Source: Rubrivivax sp.
Lineage (GTDB): Bacteria > Pseudomonadota > Gammaproteobacteria > Burkholderiales > Burkholderiaceae_C
DNA length: 64,000 bases
Assembly (NCBI GenBank): GCA_027487905.1
Contig: JAIYCR010000088.1
Coordinates: 7,054 to 71,053 of the forward strand
Reading direction: 5' to 3'
Under the pieces are notes generated by a model. The model saw nothing but the letters and a program-made list of their open reading frames with translations, searched no databases and was not told the DNA's origin. Below are positions 41,779 to 51,208 of this stretch, piece after piece (within the stretch, counting starts at the first letter, position 1; every line of letters begins with the position of its first letter). Made by a program: the position numbers and the translations under genes.

Positions 41779-43014
41779 TCAGAGCGCGCAGCTGCGAAAG
41801 CCGCAGAAGATGTCGTCCCGCTCGGGCCGGTAGAAGTTGCGGAAGCGGCGGTGCCGAAGCCGCCCCGACGTGGCGAAGCTCGCGCCGCGCAGCACCCGAT
41901 GGCTGCCGAACCAGGGCGCGGAATAGTCGCGGTAGGGGTCGGGCGTGAAGCCGGGATAGGGCTGGAAGGACGTGGCGGTCCACTCCCACACCTCGCCCCA
42001 GCGGAAGCCGCGGGACGCACCCTGGTGGGCGGCCGCCTCCCACTCCACCTCGGTGGGCAGGCGCCGGCCCGCCCAGCGGCACCAGGCTTCGGCCTCGTGC
42101 GCATTCACATGCATGGCGCTGCGCTGGCCTGGCACCCGCACGAGCTGTCCGAAGCGCCGCTGCAGCACCGCCTGACGCACCTGCTCGACATGGCGCGGCG
42201 CGCGCCGGCCCTCGCGCTGCGCCCAGTCCCAGCCTTCGGGCGACCACCACCGTGCGTCGTCGTAGCCGCCGTCGGTGATGAAGTCGGCCATCTGCGACCA
42301 GGTGACCGGCTGGGCGTCGATCTCGAACTCCGGCACGGCCACCTCATGGGCCCACTTCTCGTTGTCGAAGACGAAGCCCGCGCCGGCATCGCTGCCCAGC
42401 CTCCAGCGGGTGGCCGGAAAGACGAGCGCCGGGCGCGGGGCGGCGGGCGGCGGGTCGGTCAGCAGCCGGGTGTCCAGGCCGAGGGTCTGCGACATGTGGG
42501 CGAAGGCCTCGATGTGCATGTCCTCGTGCAGCAGCGCGAGCCGGTAGAAGTAGAGCGAGTCGTCGTCCTCGTCGGCCTGGGCCAGCAGCTCGAGCGTCAC
42601 CTCCAGCGTGTCGGCCAGGTACTGGCGGGTGGCGTCCAGGTCGGGCAGCGCCAGGCGCCAGCGGTCGGCGTGGTCGATGCCGGCGGAGTCATACCAGGTG
42701 TCGGCATGCGGCTCCACCGAGGCCAGCCGGGTGCGGGTCGGGTCGGCGGCGGCACCGCGCTGGCGCTGCACGTTGCGGGCGATCCAGGCCTCCTGGAACC
42801 AGCCGATGTGCCCCAGCTCCCACAGCGGCGGGTTCAGTTCACCGGTGAGCGGCACTTCGAGACGGCCACCCGGCAGCAGCGCGGCGTAGGCATTGATCCA
42901 GGCGAGCGTCTGGTTGCGCGCGGCCATCAGGCCGAGCGACAGGCTGTCGCGGCCGGCGCGGCGCATGTCGCCGTCCTGGGCGGTGGGTACGAACTCTGCA
43001 AACGACACAGGCAC
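41779..43014 (-). CDS. EgtB/SUMF1-family non-haem-iron enzyme (DinB-like N-domain plus FGE-sulfatase C-domain)
   Basis: LWELGHIGWFQEAW and LLHEDMHIEAF give a 3-His pattern. The C-terminus is GEVWEWTATSF...RVLRGASFAT...FRNFYRPERDDIFCGFRSC, an FGE-type fold. Confidence 0.8.
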   Translation of the reverse strand: MPVSFAEFVPTAQDGDMRRAGRDSLSLGLMAARNQTLAWINAYAALLPGGRLEVPLTGELNPPLWELGHIGWFQEAWIARNVQRQRGAAADPTRTRLASVEPHADTWYDSAGIDHADRWRLALPDLDATRQYLADTLEVTLELLAQADEDDDSLYFYRLALLHEDMHIEAFAHMSQTLGLDTRLLTDPPPAAPRPALVFPATRWRLGSDAGAGFVFDNEKWAHEVAVPEFEIDAQPVTWSQMADFITDGGYDDARWWSPEGWDWAQREGRRAPRHVEQVRQAVLQRRFGQLVRVPGQRSAMHVNAHEAEAWCRWAGRRLPTEVEWEAAAHQGASRGFRWGEVWEWTATSFQPYPGFTPDPYRDYSAPWFGSHRVLRGASFATSGRLRHRRFRNFYRPERDDIFCGFRSCAL

Positions 43015-43063
43015 TCCTCGGGGGGCGACGCATGCTAAGCCTGTCGGCTGCTTTCGGGTGAAG

Positions 43064-43098
43064 GTGTCAACGCGATGTCACGGCGAACTTCCTACACT
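43064..43098 (+). promoter_or_regulatory. Candidate Pho box (GTGTCAA-cgcg-ATGTCAC, 43064-43081) plus -10-like TACACT (43093-43098)
   Basis: Two TGTCA direct repeats have 11-bp periodicity, and 11 nt separate them from a -10-like hexamer. The ppk1 ATG lies 8 nt after the hexamer. Confidence 0.4.
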
Positions 43099-43105
43099 GC
43101 AGCGG

Positions 43106-45355
43106 ATGCACGCCGAGCCTTCCACGCCCCCCGCCGCCGGCGCTGCCGCCGCCCCCGCCGCCCCGACCGTGCATGCCCTGCCCGACCCGGTCTCCGCGGC
43201 CGATGCCGCCGCCGAGCCGGGATCGGCCCGGGCAGTGGTGCTGACGCCGGCGCCGGCGGCACCCGAGCAGCCCCCCGCGCAGCCGGTGGGCACGCCCGCG
43301 CTGCTCGACCGCGAACGCTCCATCCTCGAGTTCAACCGCCGGGTGCTGGCGCAGGCGCGCCGCCCCGACGTGCCGCTGCTCGAGCGGCTGCGCTACATCT
43401 GCATCGTCTCGTCGAACATGGACGAGTTCTTCGAGGTGCGCTTCGCCGACGTGCTGGAAGCCTTCCGCACCCCCGGCTCGGGCGTCACCGAGCTGGACGT
43501 GGACACCATCGCGGCCGACGCCCACACCCTGATCGACGACCAGTACGCGGCCTTCAACGACGAGGTCATGCCCGCGCTGATGCAGCGCGGCATCGTCGTG
43601 CTCAACCACGCCGACCGCGACGAGGAACAGCGCCGCTGGGTATCGCAGTTCTTCCATTCGCAGGTGCGGCCGCTGCTGGTGCCCATCGGGCTGGACCCGG
43701 CCCACCCCTTTCCGGTGGTGGCCAACAAGTCGCTGAACTTCATCGTGCAGCTCGACGGCGTGGACGCCTTCGGGCGGGCCAACCACATCGCCATCGTCAA
43801 GGTGCCGCGCGTGCTGCCGCGGGTGATCCGCCTGCCCGACAAGGTGGCCGGCGAAGGACGACAGGCCTTCGTGCTGCTGACCAGCGTCATCCGCGCGCAC
43901 CTGGCCGAACTCTTCCCGGGCCGCAACGTCGAGGCCTTCTCGCAGTTCCGCGTGACGCGGGACTCCGACCTGGAGGTGGACGAAGCCGACCTGCGCAACC
44001 TGCGCACCGCGCTGCGCTCGGGCCTGACCACCCGCCACTTCGGGCAGGCCATCCGCCTGGAGGTGGTGGCCACCTGCCCCGAGGACCTGGCGCACTTCCT
44101 GCTGAAGCAGTTCTCGATGCCGTCCGAGGCGCTGTACCGGGTCAACGGCCCGGTGAACCTCGTGCGGCTGAACCAGCTGATCGACCAGGCCGCCGACGCC
44201 CCGGGCGGCCCTTCGATGCGGTTCGGCCGCCACGAGCCGCGCTGGCCGCAGGGCCGGCTGCCCCGCGGCAAGTCCATCCTGGACGTGCTGCGCGACGAGG
44301 ACGTGCTGCTGCACCACCCCTTCGAGTCCTTCGAGCCGGTGGTGCAGCTGCTGCGCGAGGCGGTGCACGACCCGCAGGTGCTGGCCATCAAGCAGACGGT
44401 CTACCGCACCGGCAGCGAATCCCCGCTGATGGACCTGCTGATCGAGGCGGCACGGCGCGGCAAGGAAGTGCTGTGCGTGGTCGAGCTCAAGGCCCGCTTC
44501 GACGAGGAGGCCAACATCAACTGGGCCGAACGGCTCGAGGCGGTGGGCGTGCAGGTGGTCTACGGCATCGTGGGCCTGAAGACGCACGCCAAGCTGCTGC
44601 TGGTGACGCGCCGCGAAGGCGGCCCGGCCAGCGCGCGGCTGCGCCGCTATGCGCACTTCTCCACCGGCAACTACAACCCCAAGACGGCGCGGCTCTACAC
44701 CGACGTGGGCTACCTCACCAGCGATGCGGAGCTGACGGCCGATGCCGACGCCATCTTCCTGCAGCTGGCCAGCCAGGGCCATTCGCGCCCGCTCAAGCGC
44801 TTGCTGCAGGCGCCTTTCACGCTGCACTCGCAGATGCTCGCGCTGATCGGCCGCGTGGCCGCCTCGGCCCGCCAGGGCAAGCCCGCTCGCATCGTGGTCA
44901 AGGTCAATGCGCTCACCGACGTCGGGCTGATCGAGGCGCTGGTGGCGGCCGGGCGCGACGGCGCCTCCATCGACCTCATCGTGCGCGGGGCCTGCATGCT
45001 GCGACCGGGTGTGGCCGGGCACACCGACAACATCCGCGTGCGCAGCGTCGTGGGCCGCTTCCTCGAGCACACCCGGGTGCTGTATTTCCGCTGGGGCGCC
45101 ACCGAGGCCGACGAGACCCTCTACCTGTCCAGCGCCGACTGGATGAGCCGCAACATGTTCCGGCGCATCGAGGTGGCCTGGCCCATCCGCAGCGCGTCCC
45201 TGCGCCAGCGGGTCATCGACGAATGCCTGGTGCCCTACCTGCACGACCGGCAGGACGCGTGGATGCTGCAGTCCGACGGCCGCTACGAGCGCATGGGCAA
45301 CAGCGGGCCGAGCGCCCAGCTCGCGCTGGTGCACCGCTTCGACGCCGGCGCCTGA
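43106..45355 (+). CDS. ppk1: Polyphosphate kinase 1
   Basis: RERSILEFNRRVLAQA...RLRYICIVSSNMDEFFEVR is a canonical PPK1 N-domain, and two PLD-like C-domains are present. An N-terminal extension of about 60 aa is Ala/Pro-rich. An alternative GTG start is at 43286. Confidence 0.95.
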   Translation: MHAEPSTPPAAGAAAAPAAPTVHALPDPVSAADAAAEPGSARAVVLTPAPAAPEQPPAQPVGTPALLDRERSILEFNRRVLAQARRPDVPLLERLRYICIVSSNMDEFFEVRFADVLEAFRTPGSGVTELDVDTIAADAHTLIDDQYAAFNDEVMPALMQRGIVVLNHADRDEEQRRWVSQFFHSQVRPLLVPIGLDPAHPFPVVANKSLNFIVQLDGVDAFGRANHIAIVKVPRVLPRVIRLPDKVAGEGRQAFVLLTSVIRAHLAELFPGRNVEAFSQFRVTRDSDLEVDEADLRNLRTALRSGLTTRHFGQAIRLEVVATCPEDLAHFLLKQFSMPSEALYRVNGPVNLVRLNQLIDQAADAPGGPSMRFGRHEPRWPQGRLPRGKSILDVLRDEDVLLHHPFESFEPVVQLLREAVHDPQVLAIKQTVYRTGSESPLMDLLIEAARRGKEVLCVVELKARFDEEANINWAERLEAVGVQVVYGIVGLKTHAKLLLVTRREGGPASARLRRYAHFSTGNYNPKTARLYTDVGYLTSDAELTADADAIFLQLASQGHSRPLKRLLQAPFTLHSQMLALIGRVAASARQGKPARIVVKVNALTDVGLIEALVAAGRDGASIDLIVRGACMLRPGVAGHTDNIRVRSVVGRFLEHTRVLYFRWGATEADETLYLSSADWMSRNMFRRIEVAWPIRSASLRQRVIDECLVPYLHDRQDAWMLQSDGRYERMGNSGPSAQLALVHRFDAGA

Positions 45356-45397
45356 AGGGGCTGCCGTCACCGGGCGCCCGGGGGGCGCCCGAGGCCC

Positions 45398-46957
45398 TCA
45401 ACCCGCCGCGGGTTCGGGCAGCTGCAGCCCCGGCCACGGGGTTCGCGCCCAGTGGTCGGCTTCCTCGCGCAGCAGGTAGAGCGTGCGCGGGTGGGTGTCG
45501 GCCCAGGCGGGCGAATAGTCGAGCTGAGCGCCGGTGGCGTTGCGCCGCAGCGAGAGCGCGTCGGTGCGCACCGGGCCGCGGGCGTGGCACTTGATGATGG
45601 CCAGGCGAAGGCACAGGGCCTGCCAGGCGAAGGCCTCCTGCTCGAGCAGCGGCTCCACCTTGCGCAGCCCGCCGCGCTGCGCGAGCACGAGGTCGGCCAG
45701 GCGGCGCTGCTGGCTCTGGCTGAAGCCGGCCGCGTCCACATGGCCGAGCAGGTAGGCGCTGTGGCGGTGATGGTCGTGGTGCGACACCATCATGCCCATC
45801 TCGTGCAGCGCACAGGCCCAGCGAAGCTCCCGGCGCGACTCCGCGCCTGCCTTGGGCTGAACCTGGCGATAGAGCACGTCGGCGATGGAGAACACCCGTT
45901 CGGCCTGCTGCACGTCCACCATGAAGCGCCGTTGCAGCTCGCGCACCGAAGCGTCGCGCACGTCGTTGCCCACCACCGGGGCACCATCGCTGCGCTGGCG
46001 CACCGCCAGCCGCTCGGCCAGGTCGAACACCACGCCCTGGCGCAGCGCGCCGCGCGCGGCCGCGAGCGACTCGATGTCGAAGTGCGCCGCCAGCGTGTAG
46101 AGGATGCACAGGCCGCCGGCGATGATGGGCTTGCGGTCTTCCTTCAGGCCGGGAAGCTCCAGCCGGTCCACGCTGCCCGCGCGCAGGCACTGCTCGATCA
46201 TCCAGCGCAGCCCGGCCGGCGTGATGCGCCCTTCGCCCAGGCCGGCGGCCGACAGCACCTGCGACACCGCGCCCACCGTGCCCGACGAGCCCAGCGCCTC
46301 GCGCCAGTGCTCGGGCGCGAAGGCCTCCAGCGCCTCCTCGAACTCGGCCCCCGCAGCGATCTGCGCGGCGCGGAAACCCGCCTCGGTGTAGCGGCCGTCG
46401 CCGAAGAATCGCATCGACAGGCCCACGCTGCCCACGCCGAAGGATTCGGCGCGCAGCGGCCGTCGGCCCAGGCCGAGGATCATCTCGGTGGATCGCCCGC
46501 CGATGTCGATGACCAGCCGGGGCGCCTGGGAAGGCTGCAGCCGCGCCACGCCGGCGAAGGTGAGCCGGGCCTCCTCGCGCCCGGAGATGACCTCCACCGG
46601 GTGCCCCAGCGCCTGCTGGGCGCGGCGCAGAAAGGCGTCGCGGTTGCGCGCCTCGCGCAGCGTCTGGGTGGCCACCGCCCGCACCTGGGCCGGCTCGAAG
46701 CCGCGCAGCCGCTGGGCGAAGCGATTCAGGCAGGCCAGGCCGCGCTGCTGGGCCTCTTCGGTCAGGCAGCCTTCGTTGTCCAGGCCGCCGCCCAGGCGCA
46801 CCGTTTCCTTGAGGTAGTCGACCCGGCGGTACAGGCCGCTGTCGGTGACCTGCGCGATTTCCAGGCGGAAGCTGTTCGAGCCCATGTCGACCGCGGCCAG
46901 CTGGCCCGGCCAGCGGTGGGTGACCGCAGGCGCTGCGGCGATGAGTTGCGGATCCAT
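45398..46957 (-). CDS. ppx: Exopolyphosphatase (Ppx/GppA family)
   Basis: LAAVDMGSNSFRLEI...VIDIGGRSTE are ASKHA-fold motifs. A C-terminal HD-like region is HHDHHRHSAYL. Confidence 0.9.
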   Translation of the reverse strand: MDPQLIAAAPAVTHRWPGQLAAVDMGSNSFRLEIAQVTDSGLYRRVDYLKETVRLGGGLDNEGCLTEEAQQRGLACLNRFAQRLRGFEPAQVRAVATQTLREARNRDAFLRRAQQALGHPVEVISGREEARLTFAGVARLQPSQAPRLVIDIGGRSTEMILGLGRRPLRAESFGVGSVGLSMRFFGDGRYTEAGFRAAQIAAGAEFEEALEAFAPEHWREALGSSGTVGAVSQVLSAAGLGEGRITPAGLRWMIEQCLRAGSVDRLELPGLKEDRKPIIAGGLCILYTLAAHFDIESLAAARGALRQGVVFDLAERLAVRQRSDGAPVVGNDVRDASVRELQRRFMVDVQQAERVFSIADVLYRQVQPKAGAESRRELRWACALHEMGMMVSHHDHHRHSAYLLGHVDAAGFSQSQQRRLADLVLAQRGGLRKVEPLLEQEAFAWQALCLRLAIIKCHARGPVRTDALSLRRNATGAQLDYSPAWADTHPRTLYLLREEADHWARTPWPGLQLPEPAAG

Positions 46958-47071
46958 GACGCCATTGTGTTCGGACTCGATGACAGGTCCGGACGAAAAC
47001 GTCGTTGGACGGCCGACGCACCGGCTCGGCAGGCCGCCGGGAACCAGGCCCGGCCCGGCCCGGCCCCGCGC

Positions 47072-47506
47072 TCAGCGCACCACGAGCACCGGCGTGGTGG
47101 TGTGGGTCAGCACCTTCTGCGTCTCGCTGCCCAGCAGCAGCGCGGACACGCCGCGCCGGCCGTGCGAGGCCATGACGATGAGGTCGCAGCCATTGCGCTG
47201 CGCCGACTCGATGATGGCCTCCCAGGGGTGCCCGGCCTCCACCGACTCGGTGCTGGCCTGCACGCCGGCCGCCAGGGCGGCTTCGGTGACTGCCTTCAGG
47301 CGCTGGGTGGCGATGCGTTCCTGGGCGTCGAAGAACTCCTGCGGCGGCGTGGGCTGCATCTCGGAGATGGCGCTGTAGGGAAAGGGCTCGCGCACGGCGA
47401 TGGCGCAGACGCTGGCACCGAAGGAGCGCGCCATGGTCAGGGCGGTGGTGACGGCCTTCTGGGTGATCTCGGAGCCGTCGGTGGGAACCAGGATGCGCTT
47501 GAACAT
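47072..47506 (-). CDS. Universal stress protein (UspA family)
   Basis: MFKRILVPTDGSE...DLIVMASHGRRGVSALLLGSETQKVLTHTTTPVLVV. GGAGA RBS upstream. Confidence 0.9.
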   Translation of the reverse strand: MFKRILVPTDGSEITQKAVTTALTMARSFGASVCAIAVREPFPYSAISEMQPTPPQEFFDAQERIATQRLKAVTEAALAAGVQASTESVEAGHPWEAIIESAQRNGCDLIVMASHGRRGVSALLLGSETQKVLTHTTTPVLVVR

Positions 47507-47645
47507 GGTGTGTCTCCGGGTCGGGGAAGGGATAGGGAAGGAATCGAAGATCCTGCGCCGTCCAGTGTTCGCCCGCCACCGGGCCGGGGCTTTGAGTTGG
47601 GTCAAGCGCGCGCCAGGGGGCGACGGCGGCGCGAGCGCGGCCGCT

Positions 47646-48554
47646 TCAGCCGCGCGCCACCGGGTGCGCAGCGTCCTGGCACCACTGGCTCCAGGAGCCG
47701 GGATAGAGCACGCCGTCGCCGAAGCCGGCCAGGCGCTGGGCCAGCAGGTTGTGGCAGGCGGTCACGCCCGAGCCGCACTGGTGCACGACCTGGGCCGGGT
47801 CGACGCCCGCCGCCTGCAGCAGGGGTGCCCACTCGGCGCGCAGCTGCGCGGGCGGCTTGAAGCGGCCGTCGCTCTGGAGGTTGTCGCCGAAAGGCCGGTT
47901 CAGCGCACCGGGAATGTGGCCGCCCACCGGGTCGAGCGGCTCGACATCGCCGCGGAAGCGTTCGGGCGAACGGGCGTCGACGATGCGCAGCCGGCCCAGG
48001 CCGCGCAGCAGCGCGTCGGCGTCGATGCGTTGCCGGGTCTGCGCGCCGTCGATCGGGTAGGCCGCAAGGGGGGGGACCCCCGGCGACGCCTCGCCGACCT
48101 CGAGCGCTCCGCCGGCGGCCACCCAGGCCGGCAGGCCGCCGTCCAGCAAGGCCACCGCCCGGTGGCCGAGCGACTCCAGCAGCCACCAGGCGCGGGCGGC
48201 ATACATGCCGCCCTGCCGGTCGTAGACCACCACGCCGGTGTCCGGGCCTATGCCCAGCTCGCCCAGGCGGCGCGCCAGGCACGCAGGGTCCGGCAGCGGG
48301 TGGCGTCCGCGCGGGTCCAGGCCGGTGCGGGCATCGGGGCGGCGGGTGTCGCTCAGGTCGTCGTCGAGGTCGAAATGGACGGCGCCCGGCAGGTGGCCCG
48401 CGGCATGGATCCGGCGGCCGGCCGCCGGATCGGCCAGATCGAAGCTGCAGTCGAGCAGCCGCCAGGCGTCGGGGTGACCGGGCGGGCGGGCCCGAAGCTG
48501 GGCCATCAGCGTGGCGGCGTCCACCAGCGGGGTGGGCAGGGGAAAGGCGTTCAT
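47646..48554 (-). CDS. sseA: 3-mercaptopyruvate sulfurtransferase (tandem rhodanese)
   Basis: There are two rhodanese domains. The active-site loop CGSGVTAC is the MST type (CG[ST]GVT), not the thiosulfate type (CRKGVT). An alternative start is at 48590. Confidence 0.8.
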   Translation of the reverse strand: MNAFPLPTPLVDAATLMAQLRARPPGHPDAWRLLDCSFDLADPAAGRRIHAAGHLPGAVHFDLDDDLSDTRRPDARTGLDPRGRHPLPDPACLARRLGELGIGPDTGVVVYDRQGGMYAARAWWLLESLGHRAVALLDGGLPAWVAAGGALEVGEASPGVPPLAAYPIDGAQTRQRIDADALLRGLGRLRIVDARSPERFRGDVEPLDPVGGHIPGALNRPFGDNLQSDGRFKPPAQLRAEWAPLLQAAGVDPAQVVHQCGSGVTACHNLLAQRLAGFGDGVLYPGSWSQWCQDAAHPVARG

Positions 48555-48570
48555 GGCGTTCGGCTCGCTT

Positions 48571-49494
48571 TCAGGACTCGGGGCTGTCACGGCGGACCTC
48601 GGGCACGGCCACGGTGCGCAGGCGCACCGCCGCCAGGCCCGCCCCCACCACCAGCAGCATGCCGGCCAGCGCCAGGGGCGTCACGGGGTCGTCGAACAGC
48701 AGCACACCGTAGCCGAAGGAAAAGGCGATGCCCAGGTACTGCAGGCTCGCATTGACCAGCGTGCGTCCGGTGGCATAGGCGCGGGTCATCATCAACTGGG
48801 CGGTCGTGGCCAGCAGCCCCACGGCCAGCAGCAGGCCCAGGCCGCTCCAGGAGTGGGCGCTGAAGCCCAGCGGTACGGACAACGCTGCCCCCACCACCAC
48901 GCCACCCAGCGAGAAGTAGAAGACCACCCGTGACTCGGGCTCGCCCGCCCGGCCGAGCGCCGTCACCTGCAGGTAGGCCATGGCCGCCAGCACGCCCGAG
49001 CTCAGCCCGGCCAGGCCGTGCCACACCTGGTCCTGCTCGATGGTGGGCCGAAGGATCAGCGCCACGCCCACGAAGCCGGTGAGCACCGCGGCGACCAGGC
49101 GCGGGTCCACCCGGGCCGAGCCCAGCAGCACCGCACCGCCCATCAGGAACAGCGCCATCCACACCGAGGACATGTAGTTCAGCGTCATCGCCGTGGCCAG
49201 CGGCAGCCGGCCGATGGAATAGAACCACAGGCACAGCGAGGCCACGCCGACGATGCTGCGCCACAGGTGCATGCCCGGCACCGGCGTGGCCAGCGACTGC
49301 CGCTGCAGGCGCGCCACGACGGCGATCATCGCCATGCCCACCAGCCCGCGATAGAAGACGATCTCGGTGGCGCCATAGCGCTCCGAGGCGAGCTTCACGC
49401 ACACGCCCATGGTGGCGAACAGCAGCGAGGCCCCGGCGATGAGCCAGGCTGCGGTCAGCGTCGCGCGCGCGGAGGGCAGCGAGGGCGGCTGCAC
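48571..49494 (-). CDS. DMT-superfamily (EamA-like) transporter
   Basis: 307 aa, 10 hydrophobic segments in two halves. The GTG start directly abuts the upstream stop codon. Confidence 0.85.
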   Translation of the reverse strand: MQPPSLPSARATLTAAWLIAGASLLFATMGVCVKLASERYGATEIVFYRGLVGMAMIAVVARLQRQSLATPVPGMHLWRSIVGVASLCLWFYSIGRLPLATAMTLNYMSSVWMALFLMGGAVLLGSARVDPRLVAAVLTGFVGVALILRPTIEQDQVWHGLAGLSSGVLAAMAYLQVTALGRAGEPESRVVFYFSLGGVVVGAALSVPLGFSAHSWSGLGLLLAVGLLATTAQLMMTRAYATGRTLVNASLQYLGIAFSFGYGVLLFDDPVTPLALAGMLLVVGAGLAAVRLRTVAVPEVRRDSPES

Positions 49495-50679
49495 TCAGGC
49501 GCCGCCCGCGACGCCCAGGCGCGGGCAGGGGCGGTCGCAGCGCAGGTCGGAAGCGTCGACGCCGGACGTCCCATCACGGGCCATCTGCGCGCGGTACCAC
49601 TCGTGGAAGTGCTGCATGCCGTCTTCCATCGGGCTCTGGTAGGGGCCGGCCTCGTCGTCGCCGCGCCGCATCAGCGCGTGGCGGCCCGCATCCATGCGCA
49701 ACGCGATCTCGTCGTCCTCGGTGCAGGTCTCCAGGTAGGCGGCCTGCTGCGCCTCGACGAAGTCGCGCTCGAAGGCGGCGATCTCCTCCGGGTAGAAGAA
49801 CTCGACCCGGTTGATCGTGCGCTGCGGGCCCTGCGGGAAGAGCGTGGACACCACCAGCACCTGCGGGTACCACTCCACCATGATGTGCGGGTAGAGCGTG
49901 AGCCAGATGGCGCCGTTGCGCGGTGCCTGCCCGCCATGGACCGACAGCACCGCGTCGTGCCAGCGCTGGTAGACCGGCGAGCCGGGCCGGGCGAGGTCGC
50001 GGTGCACGCCCACCGTCTGCACCGAGTGGTGGCGCCCGTACTCCCAGCGCAGGTCGTCGCAGGTGACGAAGCCGCCGAGCCCCGGGTGGAAGGGGCCGAC
50101 GTGGTAGTCCTCCAGGTAGACCTCGATGAAGGTCTTCCAGTTGTAGGCGCAGTCGTGGACGATGGCCTTGTCGAAGACATAGCCCTCGAAGGACAGATCG
50201 GACGCCACCCCCAGCCCGGCCAGCTCGGCCGCGACGTCCCGCCCCCGGTCCTCGAACAGCAGGCCGTTCCACTCGCGGGTGGCGTAGCGCTTGAGGTTAA
50301 GGCAGGGGTCGTCGGCGAAGTGCGGCGCGCCGGCCAGCCGGCCCTCGAGGTCATAGGTCCAGCGGTGCAGCGGGCAGACGATGTTCGCGCCGGTGCGTCC
50401 GCTGCCCTTGAGCATCACCGCCTGCCGGTGCCGGCAGACGTTGGACATCACCTGGATGCCGGTCCCCGAGCGCACCAGCACCCGTCCATCGCCCTCGTGC
50501 GCGAGCACGTGGTAGTCACCCACCTGAGGCACGGCCAGCGCGTGCCCCAGATAGCGGGGTGCGGGCTCGTAGATGCGCAGCATCTCCTCGCGGAACAGGC
50601 CTTCATCGAAGTAGGCGTGAACGGGCAGTTGGGTTCGGCTGCGCTCCAGGGATTCGAGGCCGATGCTCAGGTCCGACAT
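49495..50679 (-). CDS. Rieske non-haem-iron oxygenase alpha subunit, stand-alone (GbcA/CntA/choline-monooxygenase-like class)
   Basis: CRHRQAVM...CPLHRWTY is the Rieske motif. NWKTFIEVYLEDYHVGPFHPG is the catalytic motif. No beta subunit or reductase gene is adjacent. Confidence 0.85.
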   Translation of the reverse strand: MSDLSIGLESLERSRTQLPVHAYFDEGLFREEMLRIYEPAPRYLGHALAVPQVGDYHVLAHEGDGRVLVRSGTGIQVMSNVCRHRQAVMLKGSGRTGANIVCPLHRWTYDLEGRLAGAPHFADDPCLNLKRYATREWNGLLFEDRGRDVAAELAGLGVASDLSFEGYVFDKAIVHDCAYNWKTFIEVYLEDYHVGPFHPGLGGFVTCDDLRWEYGRHHSVQTVGVHRDLARPGSPVYQRWHDAVLSVHGGQAPRNGAIWLTLYPHIMVEWYPQVLVVSTLFPQGPQRTINRVEFFYPEEIAAFERDFVEAQQAAYLETCTEDDEIALRMDAGRHALMRRGDDEAGPYQSPMEDGMQHFHEWYRAQMARDGTSGVDASDLRCDRPCPRLGVAGGA

Positions 50680-50877
50680 GGCGAGGCTTTCTCAGATAAG
50701 ACCCCATGACCACCACGCCGACCGCATCGCCGGGCCGCTTCCGCGTGGAACCACGCGTGCGCTGCCGCCGCTCGCTCCGGCGTGGAACGACGCCCCGTGG
50801 CACGGCGCCAACGGGGGGCGGGAGTGTACCCGGCGCCCTCCGGCCGACGGTCCCGGGGGGCTAAGTCCCTGACTACA

Positions 50878-51180
50878 ATGTCCGTTTCGTCTTCCGAAAT
50901 GCCAAAGTCCCCCGATCGGGTCGCTGCGCCCTCCCCCTCCGACCCCGACGCCGCCGGTGGCGTGCCGCTTCCGGCGCGCTACGAAGATGCGCTCGGTGAA
51001 CTCGAGCGGCTGGTCGTGGCCATGGAGTCCGGCCAGCTGCCGCTGGATGCGCTGCTGGACAGCCACCGCCGGGGCGCTGCGCTGCTCGAGCACTGCCGCC
51101 AGCGCCTGCAGGCCGTGGAAGACCAGGTCCGCGTGCTCGAAGACGGCCAGCTCAAGCCCTGGGCCGGCAACGCCGGCTAG
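50878..51180 (+). CDS. xseB: Exodeoxyribonuclease VII small subunit
   Basis: [43 protein letters not shown] is a typical XseB helix-hairpin. The start is ambiguous (ATG at 50878 or 50899). Confidence 0.85.
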   Translation: MSVSSSEMPKSPDRVAAPSPSDPDAAGGVPLPARYEDALGELERLVVAMESGQLPLDALLDSHRRGAALLEHCRQRLQAVEDQVRVLEDGQLKPWAGNAG

Positions 51181-51208
51181 GCTGCCGGCCCCACCGAAGC
51201 CCCTGCAG

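Noticed and set aside
50873-50899. TACAAT hexamer overlapping the first ATG of xseB, considered as evidence for a downstream start or leaderless transcript
   Set aside because: It is a single hexamer with no matching -35 element. It cannot discriminate between ATG 50878 and ATG 50899, so both are left as possible starts.
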